DNA from: Octopus sinensis
Taxonomy: Eukaryota
Length of the DNA: 64,000 bases
NCBI RefSeq assembly: GCF_006345805.1
Contig: NC_042998.1
Location: 110,484,001-110,548,000, forward strand
Direction of reading: 5' to 3'
Part shown: positions 27,099 through 38,600 of the stretch, piece after piece
Numbering within the stretch: the first letter of the stretch is position 1
How the letters are laid out: each line of letters starts with the position of its first letter
The notes under the pieces: generated by a model
What the model was told of the DNA's origin: nothing
What the model saw: only the letters and a program-made list of their open reading frames with translations
The model's database searches: none
Position numbers and translations under genes: made by a program

Positions 27099-27598
27099 AA
27101 GTCGTCAGAGTTTTGGAAAAAAATATTTTCATTTCATCATTATTATTAGCGCTTTCGTTCCTTTCTCGAACTTGTGAAATAAAATTTTGTAAATATACAA
27201 ACAGCTTGTTCATTTAAATAAAACAGATGTTTTATTTCGGGGGAGGAGTGTTTAGAAGAGAACAATGTTTTTATTTTCTAGGGTGAGGTTCCATGACAAT
27301 GGAGATAGATAGAAATATAGGTAGGTAGTTAAATAGATAGATCTATCTATCAGTCTCTCTACCTATATTTCTATCTATCTAACTCCATTGACATGGAAAC
27401 TTATCTCAAAAAGCAAAAACAATGTTCTCTTTTAAATACCCCCCCACACACACACACCAAAAAAAACCCCATCTGTTTTATTTAAATGAACTAGCTGTTT
27501 GTACATTCAGAAAATTTTATTTGACAAATTCGAGGAAGGATCGAAAGCGCTAATAATAATGAAGAAATAAAAAGTCTTTTTCAAAATTCTGACGACTT
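27099..27598. mobile_element. Foldback/MITE-like palindrome of ~500 bp
   Basis: aagtcgtcag..tattagcgctttcg.. / ..cgaaagcgctaata..ctgacgactt, centred on gatagatctatc (27340/27341). Confidence 0.85.
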
Positions 27599-27647
27599 TT
27601 CCCAATATTCAGTTTTTATACACACACACACACATATACACACACAG

Positions 27648-27689
<42 letters not shown>

Positions 27690-28111
27690 AAGATTGTAGC
27701 CAAAATATACTTTACAGAAGAATGCCTGGTGATGAATGCTAACCTAATATTATTGATTAAAGGGGCAAAAAGAAGTTACTCATTTACATATACCTTGTAT
27801 GGTTTATTCGAGAATATTTAACCACTTCTTAACTTTTTAGTTGGATGTCATCATTGCAGAAACTGGTTAATGCATTTGACAGTTTACATCTAGCAGTCTT
27901 GTTATGAATAACATATTTTGGGACATGTTAAGAAGTACCTTGTCCAATGATTCTCTCTGTCTCTTTCGTTCTCTCATTCTCTCGCTCCCCTTCTCTCTCT
28001 CACTTCCTCTCTCTTTCTTTCTCTCTTTATGTTTTGTTCATAAGTTTTAATCGTTATCTTTATACTTAATCCCTATAACTTTTGTTATCCTATCTCGCCC
28101 GCTCCGTTTAT

Positions 28112-28171
<60 letters not shown>

Positions 28172-28190
28172 TATATGGATAATAGTTAGT

Positions 28191-28274
<84 letters not shown>

Positions 28275-28395
28275 CAGACAGATTTATGCATCTGCAATTC
28301 AAATGTGTATACAATAAATGAAAGAGGAGGAAAAAGAATGGAGGTAAGTGACGGCTAGCTAATTAGATAAACATACATACACACGTATATATGTA

Positions 28396-28463
<68 letters not shown>

Positions 28464-28624
28464 TATATGTATATATATGTGTGTGTATATATATATATAT
28501 ATATATACATATATATATACATATATAGTGAGAGAGAGAGAGGGGAAGAGAGAGTAGGGAGAGTGACAGAGGGGAGAGACGGACAGCTAGATAGGTAGAG
28601 TACATAGAGTACATTGATAGATAG

Positions 28625-28683
<59 letters not shown>

Positions 28684-28907
28684 GAGGGGGGTATTTTCGA
28701 ACAGAGTGGTGAATCAAGCTGTGTCAAATAAAGATTTCCTTATTGTAATTGATTTCTATTCAGTTCCGTGCGAATAGCGTGTCCTCATGACCAGGGCGAC
28801 ACCTTACCTTTCATACTTTACCTGATCGATAAATATCAGAAAAAGAACTGAAGCTGATATAATCGATTAAAACCTTCATGTTTGTGCTATTTGTTGGGTG
28901 CAGCTAA

Positions 28908-30346
28908 AAGGTTTAAAAATAATAAAAGAAAAAGAAAAAAAATATATCTTCTGAATTATGCAGGCATAGGGCTAAAAGCTACTACATCAATACTATAGTA
29001 CTTCTCAACATATGGCGGTACGACATTCATTTCTAAGAAAATTACCTTAATTTCTTTCATACAAAACTGCTCTCAAGTTTTCCTCCCATCTATTTTCGCT
29101 CGTCTCTATTCGAGACACTTGTTTAATAAAAATCACCAGCATGTAGAACCAAAATAACATTAAAAATTACATAGTAGACAACGAGGCATGGTGAAATCGT
29201 TAAGACTGTTGCTTCACAATTATTATGTCGCAGGTTTGATTCTTCGAATTAGCAAGAGTTTTGCTTTACAATTATTAAGTTCCAGGTCAGATTCTTCATA
29301 TTGGCAAGTTTGATTCTTCGAACTGGAAATTAGCTTTTTCTATGCTAGGACTTCTAGTCGAAACCTTTTATTAAAATGAGGTTTCGTTCACGGAAATTGC
29401 AAAAGCATCCGGATGGATTGTAACCATTATATAAGGAAAATGCCAGAGGACTATATCAGTCACTTCCTTTAGTAATTCGATGAATTGGTAGTTTTATATA
29501 AATAGTTGTAGAGTTATTTTTAGCAATGGGGTTATGGATATGTAGATAGTGGAGAATGTTAAATTACTTATGAGTGGGAGTTAGAGTTAGAGGATTTATA
29601 TTAGGAGATTTATTGGGATAAGGTTTAAAAATAATAAAAGAAAAAGAAAAAAAATATATCTTCTGAATTATGCAGGCATAGGGCTAAAAGCTACTACATC
29701 AATACTATAGTACTTCTCAACATATGGCGGTACGACATTCATTTCTAAGAAAATTACCTTAATTTCTTTCATACAAAACTGCTCTCAAGTTTTCCTCCCA
29801 TCTATTTTCGCTCGTCTCTATTCGAGACACTTGTTTAATAAAAATCACCAGCATGTAGAACCAAAATAACATTAAAAATTACATAGTAGACAACGAGGCA
29901 TGGTGAAATCGTTAAGACTGTTGCTTCACAATTATTATGTCGCAGGTTTGATTCTTCGAATTAGCAAGAGTTTTGCTTTACAATTATTAAGTTCCAGGTC
30001 AGATTCTTCATATTGGCAAGTTTGATTCTTCGAACTGGAAATTAGCTTTTTCTATGCTAGGACTTCTAGTCGAAACCTTTTATTAAAATGAGGTTTCGTT
30101 CACGGAAATTGCAAAAGCATCCGGATGGATTGTAACCATTATATAAGGAAAATGCCAGAGGACTATATCAGTCACTTCCTTTAGTAATTCGATGAATTGG
30201 TAGTTTTATATAAATAGTTGTAGAGTTATTTTTAGCAATGGGGTTATGGATATGTAGATAGTGGAGAATGTTAAATTACTTATGAGTGGGAGTTAGAGTT
30301 AGAGGATTTATATTAGGAGATTTATTGGGATAAGGTTTAAAAATAA
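28908..30346. repeat. Direct tandem duplication, 712-bp unit x2, with a 15-bp junction motif x3
   Basis: aaggtttaaaaataa at 28908, 29620 and 30332; the two units look identical by eye. Confidence 0.95.
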
Positions 30347-30561
30347 ATTAAGGATAAATTAAAGAATAAATATTTATCTCGTAGTATGATGAGTTAAGGT
30401 AAATAGAAGGGAAGTAAGACATAAGGTAGAAATAAGAGTTATAGAGATATAGAAGGAGTATGTTCTAATGATAATAATAGTTTGTATGTAAGTGCTATTC
30501 GTGGAGTGGAGTGGGGTGAGCTTACAATTTGATTTAAGGAAGAAACTTCTTTTGTTTTCTT

Positions 30562-31030
30562 TACTTTTACCACTTAATAGCCACCTCCGCTACCATTCTG
30601 TTATTGAACGTTATGTTCGCTTCTTTTTTCGTGGGATGTCTACTATATCAGGATTTTAACACACGTAGATATATGCAGAATTGCACCTAAGGACTTATGC
30701 TCATGGATCTACGCAGGATTGCACCCAAGAAGTCATGCTCTGGATTCTACAACTTCGGAAAGTTGAACTCTGAAAGTTTATGCTTCTCTTTTCTTCTTTC
30801 TTTCCATCTCCTTATTCTTTTACTCCCTTCCTTAATATCGTCATCTCATAAATATATACCATTCTCATTTTCCCTATTTTCCCCCTATTTGTCTCTGATG
30901 ACGGAATATCCCATACGCGGGAATGTCCCAGAAACATTGGTAAGATTTTGAATTTCTTCCTATATTGATACTGTGTACGATTTGAGATGCTTGCTTTGCA
31001 TTCATGTTTGCTATCGTGTTTAACAATTAT
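30562..31030 (+). mobile_element. ~470-bp repeat carrying a type I hammerhead ribozyme, copy A
   Basis: Homologous (reverse complement) to 37098-37530; hammerhead at 30891-30946. Confidence 0.8.
30891..30946 (+). ncRNA. Type I hammerhead ribozyme motif
   Basis: GTCT-CTGATGA-C-GGAATATCCC-ATACGC-GGGAATGTCCC-A-GAAAC-ATTG-GTA^AGAT: intact CUGAUGA/GAAA core, long stem II, GUA cleavage triplet, stem I of 3 bp plus one GU. Confidence 0.75.
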
Positions 31031-31189
31031 ATATCGGCTGCATCGGAAGTCTGCAATGGCTTCATAACTACCGTCACGGCTAAAGCCTTGGAGCTCTGGT
31101 AATCCGTTACAGCACTTACCTAGTGCACCTAATCGTTTAGATCACCTGAGAACTAAACCCCCATATATATATATATATATATATATATG

Positions 31190-31535
31190 AAGAATCTGAC
31201 CTGCGACATAATATATTATCATGAGTCATCTTCGTAGTCATAAAACGAGACAGGTGAGTAACAACCTGGCCACTGGTGGTGGTGTAACACACCATACTAA
31301 TCATACCTGTCGGGCATGTGGAAGAGAGTGTAATTCGGGAGGAGGACTTAAACGACATGCAGAGGTACATGAAGCCCAGCTACAACTGCAGCCGGCTATT
31401 ACCAGTAAAGGTTTTAGTTGCCAATTTTTTACAAGACATTGTAGATCTTTAGCTGGGCCAGAAAGTCACATTCGATCACAGCACCAATAACAGTTAAGCT
31501 TCGTGCAATGGCCATACTCGATAATGAGGGAGCAG
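31190..31535 (+). mobile_element. 3' end of an RTE-type LINE with C2H2 zinc-finger repeats, between (TA)n tracts
   Basis: ORF 31221-31490: SHLRSH..CRACGRECNSGGGLKRH..CQFFTRHCRSLAGPESHIRSQH, followed by the tail ggccatactcg..gagggagcagcc. Confidence 0.65.
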
Positions 31536-31556
31536 CCATAATATATATATATATAT

Positions 31557-31803
31557 CACGTGATCACGTGACCGACCATATCATCAGATGTTGCTACACA
31601 TCGCTGTTCACAATGCATTCGCATTGTTTTAGCCTTCGAATGGCGCCACCCCGCTGGCTAAGCGAGCAGGCCAACAGAAGAAAGAGAAAGAGTGGTGAAA
31701 GAGTACAGCTCAATAAACACTCACAACGCCCGGTCTAGGAATCGAAACTGCGATCTTACGACCGCGAGTCAGCTACCCTAACAGCTGGGCCATTGCGCTC
31801 CAC
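31557..31803 (-). mobile_element. tRNA-derived SINE family D
   Basis: Reverse complement GGAGCGCAATGGCCCAGCTGTTAGGG (box A)..CGCAGTTTCGATTCC (box B); tail ..ggtcacgtgatcacgtga(ta)n. Confidence 0.8.
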
Positions 31804-31809
31804 ACACAC

Positions 31810-31840
<31 letters not shown>

Positions 31841-32458
31841 CACACACACACACACACACACATACACATACACACACACACCACACACACAACACACCAC
31901 AAACACACACCACACACACATATATATTATATATATATACTATTATATAGATATATATATATATATATATTATATTATATATTATATATAATATCAAAGG
32001 GTATAATATCAAAAACGTGGTGTTCTGTTTAAGTAGATACAATGAGGGAAATACTCATGCTGACTTTCAGTCCAAAGGAAACTCTTGTCTATCGCTAGCG
32101 GAGACATGAATCCTTGTCATATCCAGCGCCGAGTCCAGGAGATAACGTGATTTCGACCTTTCTTGGTCTTGTCAATCAATGATTGACGTTCAACCGTAGC
32201 TGATAGCAACGAACCATCTTCCGCAAGTGGTACACAAAATAACAGTGCCAGAACATGGTGTCACAGCTAGTAAGCTTGTTTAAAAATATGTATCAGCGAC
32301 AGAGACAGTATACCGAGCGGTAGGGTTTATCCCGACTCGTGTGTATCTGTGTGTTTGTGTGTGACAATATTGCACTGAATGACTATTCTGAGAATGTTTA
32401 GTCCAGATAAACTGATTTGCTATGTATTGTCCTTTCCTAACTTATTATCATCCTTAGC

Positions 32459-32541
32459 GTCTTCTTCTTCTTCTTCTTCTTCTTCTTCTTCTTCTTCTTC
32501 TTCTTCTTCTTCTTCTTCTTCTTCTTCTTCTTCCTCCTTCT

Positions 32542-32573
<32 letters not shown>

Positions 32574-32662
32574 TTCTTCTTTTTCTTCTTCTCCTCCTCC
32601 TCCTCCTTCTTCTTCTACTTCTTCTTCTCATCATCATCATCATCATTATTATTATTATTATT
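32459..32662. repeat. (TCT)n grading into (TCC)/(TCA)/(TTA)n
   Basis: Directly visible. Confidence 0.97.
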
Positions 32663-33215
32663 GAGTGAGAGAGCAGTTCATGCCATCAAAGTGACACTGG
32701 GGTAAAATATACGAAGCCCAATATACACATCATGACTACCCGTCTGATAAAGGTACACCAGGCACATGCATCACAACCATATGTGCGCGACATGGTGATC
32801 TCATATCAAGATAAACAGCACATGACCTTGCAGGTGGGGCCCAGTTAGAATTTTCTTCAGGTTGAGTAACCCATCCCGCTCAAACGGTCCCTGAATAAGG
32901 GTTGTTAAGGATGTTGAAAGAACCACCCATGTTCCAGAGGTGGAACTAATCAAACCCCCAATAATCCCTCTCAACACAGGCTATGATGCTCCGCCACTAC
33001 TTCTGCTCGTGATCAGAGATGCACATATCGTGAGCCACTAAGGGACATGCTCAACTGGTTAAGGTCAAACAACTGACAAGCAAATCTGTGGTATTGAGCA
33101 GAATATTTGCTGTAGCCCATCTTTTATACCAAGACAAAACAATGTACATGATAACACTTCCAATCAGTTAAGATCAGAAGCCATGAGAGCCACTGCCTGG
33201 TACTGCATCAGGGCA

Positions 33216-33216
<1 letters not shown>
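32663..33216. mobile_element. ~555-bp non-coding interspersed element C in (ATT)n, copy 1
   Basis: gagtgagagagcag..ctgcatcagggcat; very similar to 39269-39824; (ATT)n on both sides. Confidence 0.9.
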
Positions 33217-33246
<30 letters not shown>

Positions 33247-34029
33247 TTATATTATTATATATTATTATTATTATTATTATATTATCTTATATTATAATAT
33301 TATTATAATATTATTGAAGTCAGAATTGGTACAGAAGCAATTGCAACGAATCAATTAAAATGTGTTAAAGGGTTTTCTTGTCATATTATTTGGATCATAT
33401 GTATGTACGTATGTATGTATGTACGTATTTATGTTTGTACGTATATATATATGTATGTATGTGTGTATGTATGTATGTATGTATGTATGTATGTATGTAT
33501 GTATGCATGTATGTATGTATGGATGTATGTATACATGCATGTATGTATGTATGTATGTATGTATAGTTGTATGTATTATGTATAGACAGATAGGTAGATA
33601 GATAGAAACATAGATATGCGCATATATATATATATATATAAGTGTCTGTCGGTGTCTATACACATGTAGACATGTACTCAGAGATCCATAACATTTCCTA
33701 CGTGTACAAATATGCAAATATACACCCTCACACATACACACATAAAAAGATCAATACGAGGTAAAATTACTCTTCTTGGGGTGCATGTATAGAAATGGCA
33801 CAGCTGTTAAAATTTTGTGTCCAATAGTTGAATGGAGATGTGTACATATGCAGGCACGTATATGTGTGCGAGCGCGCGTGCGTGTGCATATCTACATGTC
33901 TTGTATATATAGGCATGCGTGCTTGTGTGTATAGTGTATATGATTATCTTTGTTATACATTTCTATGCATTGATCAGTGTATCTGTATCTGTGTATCTAC
34001 GTGTGTACGAATATATGTATTTATTTATA

Positions 34030-34282
34030 GAGCTAAGAAGATTCCTTCGCAAATACGTGGTTTCGTTTTCAGTCCTACTGCGTTCTAGGTTGGCCTCGCT
34101 TTGTCAATCAGTGTTAATCTGTTTTTAAGTCCACGTAGTTTCACCGTTCGACAATAAAATCGGATAGAATGTGAGCTACATGTCTCAAACATAAGTAATA
34201 GGATCGATTTATACGATTGATACACTTCAAGAGCTACTCCACATAGGCCGGTGTCCAATGGCTGAAACAAATAAAAGATGAA
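34030..34282 (+). mobile_element. Old SINE family B copy
   Basis: Degenerate ttcagtcctactgcg head and ..gctgaaacaaataaaagat tail. Confidence 0.55.
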
Positions 34283-34705
34283 AGATTATGTAGATGTAGG
34301 TATTGTAGTTCGCTTGAAGCATTGTGTAGTATTTGTAGAGAAAAACTTTTGAATGGTGCAACAATGCACTATACTCCAAAGCATGGACTATATACCTGTT
34401 GTAATTTAGTCATCCATAGTCTGATGATATTTCGGAATAAAATTCTTAGATGGGGTCGCAACCATAATCGGCTTTCCAAAGGCTTTTTTTGTATTCAGTT
34501 GTTGAATGGAGATATGTACATATCCAGGCACGTGTATGTGTGTGTGTGCGCATATATATATATATATATAAATATATATGCATCTATGCATGTATGTTTG
34601 CATGTGCGTATGCATCTAAGTGACATATATATAGGTCTAAGTGCGTGTGAAATTTGTGTGAGTCTGTGTACATAGGTATATATACACACATAAACACACA
34701 CACAT

Positions 34706-34745
<40 letters not shown>

Positions 34746-34769
34746 CATACACACACATATATATTTTTC

Positions 34770-34990
34770 TTTTTCTTCTTTTTATTTTATTTGTTTCAGT
34801 AATTTGACTGCGGCCATGCTGGAGCACCGCCTTTAGTGGAGCAAATCGATCCCAGGACTTATTCTTTGTAAGCCTAGTACATAATCTATCGCCTCTCTTG
34901 CCGAACCGCTAAGTGACGGGACGTAAACACCAGCATCGGTTTTGAAGCGACGTTGAGGGACAAACACAGACAAACAAACATATACATACA

Positions 34991-35034
<44 letters not shown>

Positions 35035-35049
35035 ACACACATATATATA

Positions 35050-35080
<31 letters not shown>

Positions 35081-37058
35081 ATAGATATATATATATATAT
35101 ATATATACGACGGTCTTCTTTCAGTTTCCGTCTACCAAATCCCCTCACAAGGCTTTGGTCGGCCCGTGCCTATAGTAGAAGACACTTGCCCAAGGTGTCA
35201 CGCAGTAGGACTGAACCCGGAACCATGTAGTTGGTAAGCAAGCTACTTTCATTTCATTTTATTTGCCATAAACGCAGTACACAGAGTAGCTGCGGGCTCG
35301 ACAAACACATTAATGAATGAAAATGAAATAAAAGGAATAAATGAGAGACGAAACCCAACACCCGCCGATTCGATTTTTCTCGAAAACATTTTCTCCTTTT
35401 TTTAAACCTATATGAGGTTTCAAAAAGGAGGCACTAAAACCTCTTACTTAACATGATTTTTTTAAACAAAAGAAAACACACAATTGAGGTTATATACCAC
35501 TACCAATAATGCAATAATGAGGTTTCAAACCCTCTAACGAGGCTTTTTCACCTCCTACTCATCGATATATCCATCAATGTATCCATCATTGCCATATATA
35601 TATATATCCATCATTATCTTCAATGCCGCTTGAGCTCCTGTACCCTGCCATTTCCCATGCCTCATTCATGCACGAGACATATGTCGTGTAAGGGCCACCC
35701 GGCCATATGCGAAATTCCTCTTTAAATCTTTTAAGCTTTTCCCACACGGAAAACCTTATAACGTCCACAGCGCTCTGCGGAGGTCATTCGGGATCCCGTG
35801 TGAAAGCCATATCTACCGTCTCTTTATGTTTTTCTACTATTTTTCTATCTCCCAGCCCTTGTAGAAAAAGGATAATAAATTCATCATCTTTAAGGGTGGG
35901 GATCGTTTCTTCCACTGTGGGTGGCACAACTTCACGACATGCAGACGGCACATCATCCTCCACCTTCTTTCTTTTTTTTCATTTCTTCCTGACTTCGGTA
36001 GAGTGGAGCTCTTCCGCTTTGTCCAGAGTCTGTTCTTCACCTCCCGAAGCCTTAGGGTCTTTCGGTGGGCAACGATTGTTGACCGCCTACTTCCTTTTTA
36101 ATCCTTTTTGGGTTGAAGAGGCTTCAGCCTCCTCAACCACAGCCTCCTCAACCACAGCCTCCTCTCCCTTTGACCGAGTAGGGGAGGTGGCATCCAGTGA
36201 CTGTTCCAGGTCCTTACCATGGTCCTGGGGGCAGTTATCTTTAATGTGGCAATCAGATCTGTTGTGGCCGATGGGGTCCACAGGGTCAAAATCGCTTTTG
36301 ATCCTTCCCAATCAACCGCCGGCGACACCCTTATATTTAAGAGCCTGGGCCCGCCAGCCCCAAGGCCTCGTCGGATGGTATCTTCGATCCAACCCACCTC
36401 GGTGCCTGGGGGTGACCCACATACCCAGGCTCTTATTAATTTCCTCCCGTAGTACAACGGGTGGAACAGAATTTCGTTGCCCTCCAAGGGCTGGCTCGCG
36501 AAATTGCATGCCTCCTCCGGTGTCAAACAGTAACCATACTGTTGCATGCTTGACACCGCGGGATATGTATTTCACAGAGGAAAATTGACTTTCAGTTCTT
36601 TTTCTATAGTTGGTTTTGGGAAGACGGTGATGGTATCAAGCACTCTAGAGTAATTTCTAACAACTACCACCCTCTCCTCCATATCTTTTAACCACTGCTT
36701 GGGTGGGATAATTTCCTACTCCAAGACAGGGTTCTTCGTTTTAAATTCCTTCTCTGCCATGTCCAAAAAGAAAAAAAAACAGTTAAAAAGCAGTTCATAA
36801 AAACAGTCCATCAAAATATTAAAACCGAATGAAAATAAAATAAAAACTATATAGAAGAGAAAGAAAAGAATCTGAAATTAAAATATTGAGAAAAAGAATG
36901 AACAGTTTGGAGGACAAAACATCGAGTAACCTTGACAACGTTTCTCTTTGTTCTTTTTTCTATTCACGAAGCCATAGCTCGCGTACTCTCTCTATAAGCA
37001 ACCGGCAACTAGCGAATCATGCTGGGTAAGCAAGCTACTTACCACACAGCCACACCTG
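34770..37058 (-). mobile_element. SINE family B copy split by the ORF1-only insertion (parts 34770-35248 and 37025-37058)
   Basis: The body and most of the head end at ggtaagcaagctactt (35233-35248); the same 16-mer recurs at 37025-37040, followed by the rest of the head (accacacagccacacc). Confidence 0.9.
35249..37024 (-). mobile_element. ORF1(gag-like)-only retroelement 1 (1776 bp, HAL1-like), 16-bp TSD
   Basis: Disrupted ORF from the ATG at 36760 to ~35586 (FHPLYYGRKLIRAWVCGSPP, HIKDNCP knuckle remnant); no ORF2; ends aataaaatgaaatga, then the TSD. Confidence 0.8.
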
Positions 37059-37097
37059 AATATATATATGAATATATTTGAATATTTATACAGATAA

Positions 37098-37530
37098 ATA
37101 TTCAAAGTGTTAAAGATGGCAACAAACGTTGAGGCAGCGCAAGAATCTCAAGTCGTATACAATATTATTATTGGAAAAACTCAGTCTTACAGCTCTTTCT
37201 GGGATATCCCCGAGTATGGGATATTCCGTCATTACAGACAAATAGAGAAAATAAGGAAAATGAGAATGATATATCTTAATGAGATGACGACATACATGAA
37301 GGGAATAAATGAACCAGGAAATGGAAAGAAAGAAGAAAAAAGAAGCATAAAAGTTCATAGTTCAAATTTTCGAAGTTATAGAAACAAGAGCATAAGTTCT
37401 TAGATGCAATCCTGCGTAGATCTATGTGGGATAAAATCATGATATAGTAGACACCCAGAGAAAAAAGACGAACATATCAACATTCAATAAAAGAAAGGTA
37501 GTGGAGGTGGCTCTTAAGTAGTAAAAGAAT
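37098..37530 (-). mobile_element. ~430-bp hammerhead-bearing repeat, copy B
   Basis: Reverse complement GTCT-gtaATGA-CGGAATATCCC-ATACTC-GGGGATATCCCA-GAAAgAGCTGTA-AGAC (37184-37239). Confidence 0.8.
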
Positions 37531-37610
37531 AATCGTTTGGATCACTTGTGGACTGTCCACCCCCCACCCAATATTTTGTACATATATATCTGTATATATA
37601 CATATATATG

Positions 37611-37677
<67 letters not shown>

Positions 37678-37842
37678 CAATTTAAAAAATAGGATAAAGC
37701 CTTTAAAGAATTTCTCAAGTAGTCAGCGTGAAAAGCTTCATAAGGGAAACATTATTAATTATTCCCATTAGATATATTATTTATATTAAGAGAATAAAGA
37801 GACACTCGTAGGGTGAGGCATTATGTATAGCAATGCTCTTGA

Positions 37843-37910
<68 letters not shown>

Positions 37911-37929
37911 GTATGTATGTATATATGTA

Positions 37930-38132
37930 TAGTTGGAATTTACAAAAAAACAAAAATACGAAGACAGGTGTGTAAAAAAAACAAACACGCGTATTAGTTT
38001 ATCGCTCGGGAAGGTGAAAGCCTTTTACTTTTCGAGCCTACGCACTTCAACAGAAAAGAACACGAGAACGTAAACAGAGAGAGAGGGAGAATAAAAAAGA
38101 AATCTTAAGTAGCTAGCGGTCACTCATGGCGA
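37930..38132 (-). mobile_element. ~200-bp hammerhead-like repeat, copy 3
   Basis: aaaatacgaagacaggtgtgt..ttttcgagcctacgcacttcaacag..gctagcggtc; homologous to the copies at 7641 and 8543. Confidence 0.7.
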
Positions 38133-38142
38133 TATTTATATA

Positions 38143-38180
<38 letters not shown>

Positions 38181-38204
38181 CACTCAATATAAATTATATA
38201 TAAA

Positions 38205-38600
38205 TATATGTATATATACATACATATATGTACATACCTACATATATATATGCATACATGCATATATGGGTACAGAACATCCAAAAAACATCAACAAAAT
38301 GAGAAACGAGAACATAAAAAACAAAAACATAGAAAACGAACTTTTTATCGAACAACGAAAGAAACAAATAGAGAAACGAGACAGGCAACATAAAGAACAT
38401 TCCCTTCAGCAGTTGCCTGTAGCGTTTTTCTTTTTGTTTCTTTTGTCGTTCGAAAAAAAGTTCTTGTTTGTATGTTTTTGCTTTTTATATTCTCATTTCT
38501 CATTTTTTTGACGTGTTTTGATGTCCTGTACCCATATTTACATGTATATATACATACATATGTAGGTATGTACAAAATATGTATGTATATATGCATATAT
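38205..38600. mobile_element. Foldback palindrome of ~400 bp
   Basis: gggtacagaacatc..acaggcaac [loop 38390-38411] gttgcctgt..gatgtcctgtaccc. Confidence 0.8.

Noticed and set aside
29160-29330. tRNA-like sequence (and its duplicate at +712)
   Set aside because: Degenerate, with repeated box-B-like segments and no cloverleaf; a SINE remnant rather than a tRNA gene.
30180-30560. Strongly strand-skewed G/A/T-rich stretch resembling a NUMT
   Set aside because: No mitochondrial gene motif recognised in any frame.
32663-33216. Possible HDV-like ribozyme or snoRNA at the end of element C
   Set aside because: Only one hairpin (CTTCTGATC/GATTGGAAG) could be formed by eye; no P1/P2 pseudoknot was found.
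33828-34550. ~45-bp direct repeat gttgaatggagat..caggcacgt at 33828 and 34501
   Set aside because: Too short and adjacent to simple repeats; no TSD or LTR structure could be shown.
35707-36588. 293-aa plus-strand ORF, the longest in the window
   Set aside because: It is the antisense shadow of the decayed ORF1 of element 1; Ser/Pro/Phe-rich with no motif.
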